Positions 40,150-54,014 of a stretch of DNA of 64,000 nt are shown piece after piece. Made by a program: the position numbers and the translations under genes. This DNA is from Octopus bimaculoides (lineage: Eukaryota), in assembly GCF_001194135.2 (NCBI RefSeq), contig NC_068981.1:123337438-123401437 (forward strand), written 5' to 3'. Numbering within the stretch: the first letter of the stretch is position 1; each line of letters opens with the position of its first letter. The notes below the pieces were generated by a model, which saw only the letters and a program-made list of their open reading frames with translations, was not told where the DNA came from and searched no databases.

Positions 40150-40537
40150 TTTTATCTGTCACTTGTTTCAGTTGCGGCAGTGCTATGGCAGCGACTTAAA
40201 GAATTTTTAGTACTTATTTCTTTTAACGTGATACTTATGCTACAGGTCTCTTTTGCCGAATCCCTAAGATAGAGGGGCGCAAACATACCAACACCGGTTG
40301 TTTAGCATTGGTGGGGAACAAACGCAGACACAAGACAAACAGACACACACACACACACACACACATATAAACATATAAATATACGAGAAGCTTTTTCAGT
40401 TTCCATCTACCAAATCCATTCACATGGCTCTGGTCGACCCGAGGCTATAGTAGAAGACACTTGCCCCAAATACCACGCAGTGGGACTGAACCCGGAATCA
40501 TGTGGTTGGAAAGCAAGCTTCGTACCACAAAACCACA
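40150..40537 (-). mobile_element. SINE family B, diverged near-full-length copy
   Basis: Collinear with 4833-5270: TTTCAGTTTCCATCTACCAAATCC...GAAGACACTTGCCC...GGGACTGAACCCGGA. Confidence 0.85.
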
Positions 40538-40606
40538 TATATATGTGAGGTGTAGTGTTTCATATCAAAAAATATTCCTCATTTTCTGAATAATTTCAAT
40601 GAAATA

Positions 40607-40935
40607 TATTGCTTAGGCAACGAAATAATTTCGGCTTTTTAATGCAAAGAATGAATTTTAATCAATTATATACTTTTCATTTTGTTCGATGACCTTTTGC
40701 CATCTTTCTGGCAACTTCAGGATGCCGCGCCCATAGAACTTCTGGTCCTTATCAGCCAAAAACAGAAGCAAGTGCGAATTCAAGTCATCAAAATTATTGA
40801 AAGTTTTACCATTTAAAGAATTTTGAAAACTTCGAAATAAATGATAATCGGATGGTGTAAAATCAGGGCTATATGGTGTATGTAACATCACTTCCCAATC
40901 AAGCAACCAAGCTCCAATAATTATTTGCGAGTTAG
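40607..40935 (-). mobile_element. mariner C-terminal fragment plus TIR
   Basis: ORF 40658-40906: WEVMLHTPYSPDFTPSDYHLFRSFQNSLNGKTF...GILKLPERWQKVIEQNEKYIID*. TIR-like TATTGCTTAGGCAACGAAATAATTTCGGC. Confidence 0.9.
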
Positions 40936-40974
40936 CAAAAATGTGTGTCGTCTAGCGTTGTCTCGGTGGAACAC

Positions 40975-41220
40975 GATTCCTTTACGGTTTGGCAATTTCA
41001 CCACAACTTTTTCTCACTCTATCTTCTTATTTCTGTTGTACATGTATTTCAAAGGGCCAGCATTGTCACACTCTGTGTCACGCTGAATCTCTCCGAGAAC
41101 TACGTTAATGGTACACGTGTCTGTAGAGTGCTCAGCCACTTGCACGTTAATTTCACGAGCAGGCTGTTCCGTTAATTGGATCAACAGGAACCCTCGTCGT
41201 CGTAACCGACAGACTGCCGT
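40975..41220 (+). mobile_element. Probable SINE 3' portion, family D
   Basis: GC-richer island AAAGGGCCAGCATTGTCACACTCTGTGTCACGCTGAATCTC...GGAACCCTCGTCGTCGTAACCGAC, recalled as an Octopus interspersed repeat; there is no second copy in the window. Confidence 0.45.
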
Positions 41221-41231
41221 AGTAATATATC

Positions 41232-41288
<57 letters not shown>

Positions 41289-42697
41289 AGTATGTAGGTA
41301 TATGTATATATGTGTATGTGTGTGCGTGCGTGTGTGTATCATATAATATACCATATGTACAAACATATAAATATAAATATATATGATATATGTTATTGTT
41401 AACAAAAATAATGAACTTCAATCATTGTTTGCACAATGTTAATACCTATATAGTATTTGAAGCAGATAATTAAATAACTGGTATAATAATCTACGTATAT
41501 CTAATGAACAAAAGAGTTTTCGCTTCTGTTCGAATGGCATAGTTTTATAGAAATATTCACAATGCTCAACAGACTTGAGCTCTAACCGCATCTGTCTCCT
41601 GTGATGTTATTGATTAAATGGTAACTTCATCTGTTTGGTAATGACATGCGCTTGCTTATATAGATTGGGATTTGGGTTTTTCTTTCTTTTCTTTTTCTTT
41701 TCTATTCTACCAGTTAGAACTTGAATAAATTCTCTCCGAAAATCAGTAGCATTTTGATGGGGAATAACACTTTCTCCTCTGTCCTTCGCCCCCTCACTCT
41801 TTCTCTTATTTTCTTTTTAGTATCATTCTATCTTCCAGTTTCTGTCTTTTACTATAAACATCAAATTCACTGGGTGCATATAATTATATACCATTCGGAA
41901 ATAGCATTTTTTTTTCTGTATGTGCATGAAGCTGATTTCCGTAGCAATAATATATAGATTCCAAGTGAATCTTAGGTTTTCTCTTAAGCCAAAAGGGGTA
42001 TAGCATATCGATTTCTGCGCGATTACTTTCTTATCTGTATACTGTACGACACTGTAATAGAAAGTGATAAAAAAAAAATTACGATAGAAGATATACAAAT
42101 TCTAGTTTAGTGAGAACCGAGATAACGTACAGTAAGTCATAACAAATGTAGAATCAGTTGCAGCAATCGACTTTCTCAATGAAAACAGATTTCAAATACT
42201 TCTGAGAAGTTGGAGTATTTTCCCCGCATATAGATGTCAGTTGATATCATTGATCTACTCATGCAGTTATCACAGTTAACACATTATAAACATGTACAGA
42301 AAATAACAACGATACACTCTGAACAGATAGCATCAAGTAATTTTATTTCTTTTCCTTCCTACGCACAGAAACAAATTCAAATATTCGCAGTTAGCCTCAA
42401 AACAAATACATACAAAAATACGCAATAACAAGCACGCACGCACGCACACACTCCCCGCAGATCACAACCAAGTGCACAGACATACACATTCTTGGATACA
42501 TACATTAAAATAAGCCTTCTCATAAACATACACATACACACACAAACACACACATACAGACACACAAACATATACACACGCACACATTAGCGGGAATGCG
42601 CCATTTTACGCTACCGTATTGATATTGACATCGGCATTTTAATTAGTGTACGTTCTCTCTGTCTCCCTATTCTTCTCTCTATCCCTTTCGCTCTCAC

Positions 42698-43060
<363 letters not shown>

Positions 43061-43411
43061 AAGAGATCATTTATGATGAATTAATGTAGAAATTTCAGTT
43101 TTTTTGCACTGACTATAAAATGCTGATTGGTACCCAAGATCATATGTGCATTATGCTATGTACCAAGTTACACAAAAACGTAGATATACGATATTTTCGA
43201 CGCAAAAACAAAAGAAATTGACGCTGATTACCCAAATCTAATCTATTAGTGGTACATTTTAGATTTGTAAGACATCCCAAAGTTCCTCCATCTGAAATTG
43301 TTCAGATGAATAGACACACACACTTGGGGAGCTACATCGACAGCGCAACTGGGTCAAAATATTTACAAACACCGGGAACATTCTTCAGCTTGAACTGTCT
43401 TAAGAACTGTA

Positions 43412-43461
<50 letters not shown>

Positions 43462-43719
43462 GATAGAACTCAGAGCAACCTCATGTAAATACATGCATAT
43501 ACACATACATACGTAAATACATACATACATAGATACACAGTGAATACTAACATACATACATACGTACTTACATACATATTTACATGTGATACATATTATA
43601 TCGGCATTTATGAATGCAATTCGAATACTATATGCTTCAAAAAACATTACCAACAACAATAACAATAATAATGAAAATAATACTAATAATGATAATTATA
43701 ATTATTATTATAATAATAA

Positions 43720-43910
43720 TCTCTATAGATATAAAATCCTCTGTCTGTCTGTCTGTCTGTGTATTCCCAATGCATTCTCAAACGGCTCAACCAAATCAAT
43801 TCAAATTTTGTATGGTAATACGATCAGATCCTGTGAGTGTCAACATGTAATTTTTTTTTGTCATTTGTTTTAAAATAATGCAACATCGGGACTGGGTCGG
43901 TATTACGTGT
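43720..43910 (+). mobile_element. Helitron-like 5' end fragment
   Basis: A|TCTCTATAGATATAAAATCCTCTGTCTGTCTG...CAACCAAATCAATTCAAATTTT resembles the 5' end of the 21639-23171 Helitron (...CAACCAATTTCATTCAAATTTT). No clear CTAG 3' end. Confidence 0.45.
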
Positions 43911-44724
43911 CAAAACTCAAAGGACAAAAATGAGAGAACAACATCTATATTGTAATGTGATATATATTTTCACTTTTATACTTTTATTTCTAATTCTAAC
44001 CACGTCGATGACATCACATTTTGTATATGACTGCGTATCTCTCTGTGAATGTTTGTGTGGGTGTATGAGTGTGCATATGTCTCACAGTCTGTGTTTCCCA
44101 CGCTAAGTATGTTATTATATATCCTATATGTATGTGAGGGCTGGTCAGTGTAAATACGAAATTTTATTTTCATTTTGTTCCTCAATTTAGGTAAAATGAT
44201 ATCTAACAGAATCATAATTATGTATAAAGTATTCTAGCAATGGCCTTCACCTTTCTGTTAGTATGTGTATTCGAGTTTACGGTATGAACGCCAAGATATA
44301 CATTTCCGTTCCACTATAATTCAGGAATGATTGTATTAACTCGTTTACGTATCTACTCTAAAACAATGCTTTTCTTGCGTGTCTTGTTGTACTTAGGTTG
44401 CTAAGCCTAGAGAATAAGCTAAACAAATTATCATTTGACATACACGAAACATACGTCAGTATTACAATGCTTATACTTCTTTCTCCTTATACAGAATGTA
44501 ATGGAGATATCATTATTTTAAGTTGATAAACCTCTCGATAATTTGTCTGGCCACAGTTCCAATGAGGCATTCACAGTCGTTGGTCATCTGACAATTTGAT
44601 ATAAATCAGTATTACACTTCGTAATTAGTAGCGTAAATTTGTAGTAAAATCAAATATAATTTCACCTGGAAAAGTCACATGTGTGTCACATAATTTACTA
44701 GTCCCAACTAAACGAATTATATAT

Positions 44725-44736
44725 GTATGTATGTAT

Positions 44737-44817
<81 letters not shown>

Positions 44818-44826
44818 TAGATAGAT
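44725..44826. repeat. (GATA)n microsatellite
   Basis: Read directly. Confidence 0.95.
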
Positions 44827-46939
44827 ACAGGCATACAATACATACAGATATACATATTTTCATGAATATGTTTGTGTTTGTGTGTGTATAAGTAAAGATG
44901 AACATTTTGTTTCAACCATGAAACAGACAGAAGTACACGAGTGCTGTATAATTTGATAAATTTGGTAAACATTTGTGCACATTCTCACCGTTATTTTGTA
45001 TAGAAAACGCCCTTAATAATTTATTTAACAAACACTGTGTAAGGTATGTCTAATAATTTTATTCCATAGCTTTCGATGCATGTTGCATCCAACTGTTCTC
45101 ACCGCCCGGAAACATAGTACAGTTTGTTGTGTGAAAGTATTTACTTCTGGTAAATAGTCAATATCAATATAACCATAGTTCGCTTCGTTCACTTATAAAA
45201 CGTGTCAGATTTACAGATGTAGGTTTGAAATCCACGGGCAGACGTCGACGTTTTCTATCCAAAGCGTTTTTCAACCCAATATTTGCTCGCTATTATTTAC
45301 ATCCTGTTTTTTTAGAAATTCGCTGTTGCAAAAAATAATGATTTTATATATGTTCATTCTTATTTATTTTACAGTTGAAATACTTTCGTATGCAATGTAC
45401 CTGTTTTTGCTTCAGTTCTAAAATATAGAACGAATATATCACTCGTTATACTTAATTTATCGTCTTTTGCAGTGTGTTCGCTTTTGTGAGCATCGCTGCC
45501 TTCGCAGTACTGTCTTGCAATATAATCAGCCATCAAATTGCAGACACTACATATGTCATTATATGTTACATTCCCTGTTATCCTAACAGTCCCAAAAGTA
45601 CGAACTTCAACGTAGCAAAATGAAAAAAGAACGATGTCTTATAACCTAACAACCGTTTGGTTCTATATGAATATGTCAAAAAAATTCGAAGATTAGATGG
45701 AGAAAAGCTAAAGTTTCCTGAGTCTTAAGGGTAAGAAAGGCTGTCTGTTATCTTAACAGGCCAGACCCATTTACTTAGCCACCCAATTACTTAAGATGTC
45801 ATTTTCCTGAAAAATATATATCTAAAACAACACTCCATTCAATATATTTTGTATCTAAACATATATAAGATTACGGTATATTAAAGGTTTCTTAATTTCA
45901 ACTTTAAAATATAATAAATTCGGAAGTCTAGAGCATTTCTTGTTACAGCTTACGACTAGAGACTGAAGTATATACAGTGGTCTAACAAAACACATTCACT
46001 CTTTGCTAAGGGGAGAGATGTATAGTTAAGTACTTTTATATTAACTGTGATATTTTTTATGTAAAAAAAAAATAAATGTTCCATTACGTTATGTATACAC
46101 CGGCGTTAAAACATTATGATATTGTCTAATGGTTCAATAAAAATAATCCAGTGTATAAAAATAGAAAACAGATTTCAATACTATCGAGAAAATCTAAGCT
46201 GAATACATTGACAATATTATTTGCTTGCAAACCCAGAAATACGCCTGATACAGCAAACCGGTTATTGGAGATTCTACAAATAATCCAATGAATAATAAGT
46301 GGGGTCTAGTGGAGCTCTGTACCTTTATTCAATAAACTGGAATTCAATGCACTATCGATAATCATTTTATCGACTAGGGAGAAAGAAAAACAATATGTAC
46401 TTTACCATAGTGGTATTTCGCTAAATAACAAATGCGCCATCTCAGCAAATGTAACATGTAATAACGTGTTTTCAAAATGATGGATAATTATATTGCACGA
46501 GACTACGATGTAGACAATACATGCCCACAAATAAGAGCACAAAACAAAAGATGAACAATTAAACAAAGTGTGTCGAGTGTGCGTTTTTGGTTCAGGATTG
46601 CGTATGAGATTATTTCACCTGTAAGCTAAGTATAAAGCTCATCAATCGAATACATGAGTATGCACAAAATTACGCACACAAGCACACACACATACACATA
46701 CACACACACACACAAACAAACATAAGCATATATATATTTATTTATTTATATATGTTGAACTAATGGGTATATGTCGATTAGTGTATTGAAGTATAGCATA
46801 GAGAACTGCCGCAAAATTGGGCTACCTACTCTCAACTGCAGTCGGGATACATTTCCGTTGAATCTACTTCAGGAACTCCGCAGTGATATTTGAGATGACA
46901 ATGATAATTACTTAATTAACGAGCGGATGAATTTGGTAG

Positions 46940-47258
46940 TAATATCTATTTTGTACAACGGTCGTTTCGACCCATCCTGCTATTTCCCCTATGGGTGGGA
47001 CTCCGTTCAACATGTGTTGCATCAATTTTGAAGTTAGGGTCTCATCATATACATCCATACATGAAGTTGTGTCTCGCTAAAAATCCTGAGTTTTGCCCGA
47101 CGGGTTATGAAATGAAACACCGCTACAATTTTCAATTACTGTTATCTTCCTTCAATAACAGTTGCAAACACTTGTAAACATAGACAAATAATTGTTGATA
47201 AAAAAAGAAACAGTAGGATGGGTCGAAATTACCGTTGGACAAAATAAAGATTAATATC
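46940..47258. mobile_element. MITE-like element, ~320 bp, with ~45-bp imperfect TIRs
   Basis: TAATATCTATTTTGTACAACGGTCGTTTCGACCCATCCTGCT (46940-46981) is inversely matched by AGTAGGATGGGTCGAAATTACCGTTGGACAAAATAAAGATTAATA (about 47212-47256). Confidence 0.65.
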
Positions 47259-47538
47259 AACTCCATCTTCTCGTTACTTAAGAAATGATTATATATATAT
47301 ATATAAATACTCATACACACACACAAACACACACACACATATATATATATATGTATATATAATGAATACATATGTGTGTGTGTGCATTATTATGTATGTA
47401 TGTGTATATGTTTATATATATATATATATATATATATAGATATGCAGGGCAGGGAATCGTCAATTAGTAATAAAATTAATAATTAACAATTTTGCCGGGT
47501 AGCTCAGTATGAAAAAACCTTTTTCGGTAATAAACATT

Positions 47539-47972
47539 TATAATCATAAATATATAGGGATTGACAGTAACCTGCTTCTCCAACATACTGAGAATTCAGA
47601 AATAGCAGTCAAAGAACTACTGATTTCAAAACTACAAATTATTACTCTAGATTGATAGCGATATTTTTGATACACACAGAACAAAAAACAGTAGAGAAGA
47701 GTAAAAAAACAGTAGAGAAGAGTAAAAAAACAGTAGAGAAGAGTAAAAAAACAGTAGAGAAGAGTAAAAAAACAGTAGAGAAGAGTAAAAAAACACTTGC
47801 CTTTGTGTTTTTTTACTCTTCTCTACTGTTTTTTGTTCTGTGTGTATCAAAAATATCGCTATCAATCTAGAGTAATAATTTGTAGTTTTGAAATCAGTAG
47901 TTCTTTGACTGCTATTTCTGAATTCTCAGTATGTTGGAGAAGCAGGTTACTGTCAATCCCTATATATTTATG

Positions 47973-47978
<6 letters not shown>
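47539..47978. repeat. Perfect fold-back palindrome with 172-bp arms and a 5 x 21-bp array at the apex
   Basis: 47539-47710 is the exact reverse complement of 47807-47978 as far as I could compare by eye. AGTAGAGAAGAGTAAAAAAAC occurs five times (47690-47794); the loop is TTGCCTTT (47797-47804). Confidence 0.95.
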
Positions 47979-48011
<33 letters not shown>

Positions 48012-49444
48012 GGGATTCATTGTTATATTGATTCTGTCTCATAAACGACTAAGAGATGCACTAACGTATACATGTACGTAGTTATGGTTTGGTGTTTACA
48101 AATGAAAAAGGAAGCTACCTAATGTATGAAACAGGGTTTGTACATTTTTTTTTTTTTTTTTTTTAGAAATTTCTGTTTCTTGTATCATTATACTCTATTA
48201 ATCACACGAGGATAGAAGGAAAACAGCCTAACAATGTAGAAGAGACAACATTCGTAAAGACTGGGAAATGGTAATTGATTGCTTGTATACAATACGTCTA
48301 GAATTTGAACGAAACTATCCTGTATTCAATTCTGATCGCAAACCTGAAGTACGGACTTAATCTTCATTACCTTACATGTTTACAAACACACACACACATA
48401 CACATATACACACACACACACAAGTATATATTTGTGTGTGTGTGCGCGCGCACGTGTATTTTCGCGCGTATGTGCATGTGTTTCTATGTGTGTACGTTTA
48501 TCTATCTGCATCCAATAATATTTCATGTTTTACAGTCATTAGCTTAAAAAGTTTTGAACACATGACTGTTTTAACCGGGTCTCTCCATGTATGTAACTAT
48601 ATCTATCTACAGGACGTGCTTGTGCCGTGGCACCACTTTGCGTTACAGACGTCTAAGAGACAACACATATCCATTCTATCTTTGGGTTATATTTTCCTTA
48701 TGAACTACAATATTACCTTTTATATATATGACGCCAATGATTTCTTCAGCATTTTATTACTGGTTCAGTTAGTTTTAATTTTAATGCAAACTTAATATGT
48801 CATAGTGTCGCTTTTGTTAGTTCTGAATTGATCGAACACCAAGGCTAGGAGCTTGGAGTCTGCTGTATCTCAGAGGATTATCAGTTGGGAGAAGGGTCGA
48901 CGCCTTCGGAGTACTTCTTGGCAGAACGTTGAATCAACAGCCTAGTCCTTCAAGGAGGGAGTTGGCTAAGAAGCATCTAGAAATCTCAAGACGGATAGAT
49001 TCAGAAAGGACATTGCCAACTCAAGATCAACTCTACAAAGAAGAAATATAGTGTCGTGAGCCGGACCTCTCCTGGAGGAACAAAACAATTCTGCACGCAC
49101 TTGTTGATAGTTTGACCATTGCTGACAGGAAGTGTGACTGTCACTGGAGGGGTGACTACAACAATTAACCGGGTCTATCCTGATGATGGCTTGCCATTTG
49201 CCTTTGCTTGGAAAAGAGAGGCATTTTTCTCAGTCTGGTGTGGTATACACGATCGAAAGGACTGAGGAGATAAATATTACACTTCTGCCATTTTTGTATA
49301 CTGTGATACTTATTACCTATTATTTTACTTTATTCCATTGTAATGTAGTCATACACACACGCACACATACAGATATTCATACGTGTACGCACTTAAGTAA
49401 ACGCACAAAAACTGACACTTAAAATTCTTTTTACTTGTATTAAT

Positions 49445-49660
49445 ATTGACCTCAAATCTAAGCACAAAGACAGCAATTTCGGGAGAGGCGATAAATCGAT
49501 TGCATTGACCCAAGGATCAACTGGTACTTATATATCGACCCCGAAAAGGTGAAAGGCAAAGTCGACATCGGCGGAAGTTGTGACTCAGAACGTAAAGACA
49601 GGCGAAATGCCGCTAAGCATTTCGCCCGAAATGCTAATGTCTCTGCCAGCTCGCCGCCTT
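49445..49660 (-). mobile_element. SINE family A variant
   Basis: Minus strand: GGCGGCGAGCTGGCAGAGACATTAGC...GTCGACTTTGCCTTTCACCTTTTCGGGGTCGAT. Confidence 0.9.
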
Positions 49661-49687
49661 TCATCGTTGTAATATTGCATTAAAACT

Positions 49688-49900
49688 AAGGCGACGACCT
49701 GGCAGAAATGGTAGCACGCTGGGCGAAGTGTTTCGCGGTATTTCGTCTGTCTTTACGTTCTTAGTTCAAATTCCGTCAAGGTCGACTTTGCTTTCATCCC
49801 TTCGGGATTGACAAATTAAGTACCAGTTGCGTACTGGACTCGATCTAATCGACTGGCCCCCTTCCCAAAATTTTCGGGTCTTATGCCAAGAGTAGAATAG
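49688..49900 (+). mobile_element. SINE family A with 17-bp TSD
   Basis: GGCGACGACCTGGCAGAAATGGTAGC...GAGTAGAATAG, flanked by AATATTGCATTAAAACT at 49671-49687 and 49901-49917. Confidence 0.9.
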
Positions 49901-49980
49901 AATATTGCATTAAAACTGATGCTGGGATAATAGAATAAATGACCATGTTTATTTCTCATACTAAACTGTTCTATTGAAGG

Positions 49981-49981
<1 letters not shown>

Positions 49982-50043
<62 letters not shown>

Positions 50044-50048
50044 CATCA

Positions 50049-50089
<41 letters not shown>

Positions 50090-50094
50090 ATTAT

Positions 50095-50187
<93 letters not shown>

Positions 50188-50195
50188 CATTATTC
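49982..50195. repeat. (ATT)/(ACT)/(ATC)n microsatellite abutting a Dong/R4 element
   Basis: Read directly. Confidence 0.95.
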
Positions 50196-52850
50196 ATTGT
50201 CTCTGTAATTCAATGGCTAGGTCATGGTATTTTGCTGTTTTTTCTTCACTTCTCATATTGATTTTTCATCATTTAGGACATTTTTAGGACGGTAAAGTCA
50301 ATTATCTGGCACGTTCTATTCTCTTGATCTACTATAATTAAATCAAGCCTTTTAGTTTCTATTGCTCTGTCAATCTGAATGTCAAAGTCCCACAACATCT
50401 TGTATTTCTTCCTTTCTAGTAACTTACTACATTCATGTTCATACCATTTATTAGTATGTTCAAATCCTTGTTTACTACATAACTCCTAATGGATTATTCT
50501 CCCTGTGTTGATATGTCTTTTCTTGTATTCTTTCAGTACCAGCATGCTACATTCACTTAATATATGAGTAAAGCTTTCCTCTTTTGATTTGTATAACTTA
50601 CTTTGGGAATCTACTTGGTTTTTGTCTATCTTGGATTCTATCCAAGCCTTTATCTTGTGCAGCTACTAACAAATTTTCTGTCTCCTTTTTCAGCATTCCT
50701 TTCTACAAACATAGCCATGCCTCACTACAACTATTTGCTGCAACTATCTTTGGCCTTCTCCTGCCAGTCACATAATTTCTGTTCTTTTTTCTGATTTTTA
50801 ACATCGTTTGGGGTTTTAAGTTTCCCTATGTCTTGTTGTGATTCTAGCAGCTTTTAATAATCTTTCTGCACTATTACTTACATAGGCGTCTTATAGTCTG
50901 TATTAAAGAATCTATCTCTTTTTCATCTTTTTTCATCCTTGCTATTTCTGAATTGATACCCTGCCTTTGATTTCCTTAATACTAAACTTAATATTAAAGT
51001 GGACCACGATCCCCCTGGAAAACGTTTCTTTTAATATTAACTTACCCTAAAAATGCGACACCTGTGTAGAGATTTACTTTCCATTTCTTCATACTAAAGC
51101 TAATTAATTCTCTTATGTTGTTTTCTACACTAAATATACTTAGACATTCACTTATCTATCAGTGTGAGATCATGTCATAGGCTTTCCTAAAATCTATCCA
51201 TGTTATTGTTAGATTTTTCTTTCTAGCTTTTACTTCATTTAGAACTGCTTTTTGTATGTATAATAGATCAAGCGTTCCTTCTTTGTGCACCTTTTTTTCT
51301 TCTTCTAGCAGTACATTCCGGTTGTCATGGTACTTGCAAATGCTTTCTGAATGCATTCTTGTTAGCAGCTTCCACACTAATGGTAACCAAGTGATTGGCC
51401 TATAGTTGCTAGCTGTATTAAACTTGCTTTTATCTTTCATAATGAATATTGTCCTCCCTCTAGTCCTCCAAGCAACTATTATTCCTCCTTTAAGGCAATC
51501 CTGAAGTTGTTCCCTCAGCCGCCTCCCATGTACGAAATCTGGTCCTGGGCTCTACCAATTCGGCATTTTCCTTCGACATTACTCATTAATGCACTACTTA
51601 TATTTAGATCTGGCTGCTTCTAAATCACTATTTTCCCCACCAATTTCTTTTACCATACTGCATCTCCTTTATGGCTGACTGGCTTATCCCAAATATTACT
51701 CCAGAACTTTCTAGCTTCTTCTGCATTAGGTTTCTCATCTTCAGTACTTCGTCTCCATTATTCATTTCCTTATAAAATCTATTCTGGCCTGTCTCAAATA
51801 ATCTATTCTGTTGATACTGATTTATTCTTTTCTGATATCTGGAAAGCTTTCTGCTACTGCTATGATACGCTATTTCAACTCTTCTATTACTGTCCAAAAT
51901 CCTTCCTCTTTGACTAAGTATCTTTTCTCGACGGAAGATTTGCATCTTGTGTTTCCTAACTTGTTCAGTTTCCAAGCTTCTATTCTATTCAGATCTCGTC
52001 TCAAAGTCTTCGCTTTATTTTGTAATCTCCTTTTCCACATTTGCTCATTTTTAATCCTTCTTTGGGAGATACTTATCTTCTAGCAACTACTGCACCCCCT
52101 AAATTACTGCTCCTATATTTTTAGTATCTGTTCTATTGATGACAGAACCTGCTTCCCTACTCTTTTCTAGCAGCTTCTTTCTGTTGGTGCTTTCAATACT
52201 GGTAGTCTTTTTCTTACTTCTTTACTCATTACTTCCTGCAACTTATTTAAAATCTTCTGATCTTCTTCACTTAAATCACTTAAGTCGCTGGTGCCAGTTG
52301 TCCATTCTTTAATGGTAGTGCTATTATTATTTTTCCTTTAGGTTCTTCTTTCGTTTGAGTTGTATCTCTTATGCTGTTGTCTTTCTTACTGCCTGATCTT
52401 TCTTTTCCAGTTTTTTTGTGATCTCTTCTACTTCCAATTCTGTCACCCACTTTCTTCTCCTAATATCATTAGCTTGATGGACTAATATCTGCTCAGTCAC
52501 TTTAAACATACTCTTTTCTACCCAAAGTGTTAACATCCGTTTTCTATAGCCCCTTCTTTTAGGTTTACTTTCTAAGTAGCACTGAATCACTATCATGTTT
52601 TCTTCACTGGTCCACTTCCTCCGCCTTACTCTATTATCTGCTGATGTTGTATTAGGATAACAGCTGTGGCAAGTTTGCATCTATACTCAAACACTGCCGA
52701 GCGAGATGCCTTCCCTTACTGGTCCAGCTACATTTTCGCTGTTATAAACAGTTTCCTCGGAAACTCATGTCTATCATAAACTGAGGTAAGGTAACGTTCG
52801 TTACCAACGTCGTCACTGCCATTATTTTTCCACATCTGATAGTTTCAAGC
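50196..52850 (-). mobile_element. Dong/R4-clade non-LTR retrotransposon, long decayed copy with an internal RT deletion
   Basis: N-terminus RKWTSEENMIVIQCYLESKPKRRGYRKRM; RINQYQQNRLFE; NYRPITWLPLVWKLLT...WIDFRKAYDMISH; VNIKRNVFQGD; KDEKEIDSLIQT joined to downstream sequence with the YxDD segment missing. The RLE region is LWDFDIQIDRAIETKRLDLIIVD...IIDF...KYHDLAIEL, ending at the (AAT)n tract. Confidence 0.9.
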
Positions 52851-53675
52851 AACTTTCTATTGCATCATTTGTTGCATCTTTTTGCTGGTGGGTGATGTGT
52901 GCTGCATTCTTTTTTTTTTTTGGAGGGGGCGATATTGTATTGTACCAGTATGTTTTGTTATGAGGTTTGGTGTGAGTCTTCTGCTGTATTAGTTTTTTTT
53001 ATTGTATGTTGTTTGTGCAGCGCAGGTTGTGTTTTTCTCTCGGGTATCGACCTTCTATGGCACGTGCTGTGGGCTTTGTTCATTTTGTTGAGTATTTACA
53101 TTTTTAGAAGAGTGCTGCACAATAATGTGTGTAAATCATAAATCAATTATTTCATAGTATTTATGGTTATTTTCCCACCGTTCTTTCTCTTTTGTATGGG
53201 TTCGTTTTTACAGCGTTTACTTTTTTAACTGAAAGCTACCCGTGGACATGTGTTGATGTTTCTTTCGTAGTTATAACTATTATTGAATTATCAGTGAGAG
53301 ATCGAGAAGACACAACAATGTGCATATATAGAGAGGTTTTGCATAAATATGGATGTATATGTAACTAAAATTTAAAATAAATTTTTTTTTTTTAAATTTA
53401 CTCACAGATTTGCAGTTTTCGTATAGAAATATTGTAGTGCTTACATTTTTACGTACATGTTGCTGTCTGAGGGGAAAGTATTTTTTGTATATTATTTTTT
53501 ATATACTCCATATCAGAAAAATCTTTCAGTTTCCTGAGATGGATCACATTAAGACATAGCTTTCTTTCATTGTTTTTGCGCATTCTTAATTCCTGCTTCG
53601 TGATAGTCTCAGATTTTATTTACCTTCCCGGCAGCTCGCTCTCACTCGTCCATCTCTTTTTCTTTATCATTAACG

Positions 53676-53680
53676 TTTTC

Positions 53681-53754
<74 letters not shown>

Positions 53755-53893
53755 CATCATTGTTATTATTATAATCATTATTATTATTATTATCATTATC
53801 TTTATCATTATCATCATTATTATTATTATTATCATCATTGTTATTATTATAATCATTATTATTATTATTATTATCATTATCTTTATCATTATC

Positions 53894-53925
<32 letters not shown>

Positions 53926-54014
53926 TATCATTGTTATTATTATAATCATTATTATTATTATTATCATTATCTTTATCATTATCATCATCATCATTATTAT
54001 TATTATTATTATTT

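Noticed and set aside
47690-47794. Five 21-bp direct repeats as a CRISPR array
   Set aside because: The repeats are contiguous with no spacers, there are no cas genes, and the context is eukaryotic.
47647-47870. Mirror-image ORFs MIAIFLIHTEQKTVEKSKK on both strands
   Set aside because: A direct by-product of the palindrome and the 21-bp (in-frame) repeat; no evidence of translation.
48840-49260. GC-richer island possibly derived from a LINE
   Set aside because: I could not extract any diagnostic motif, so it is left unannotated.
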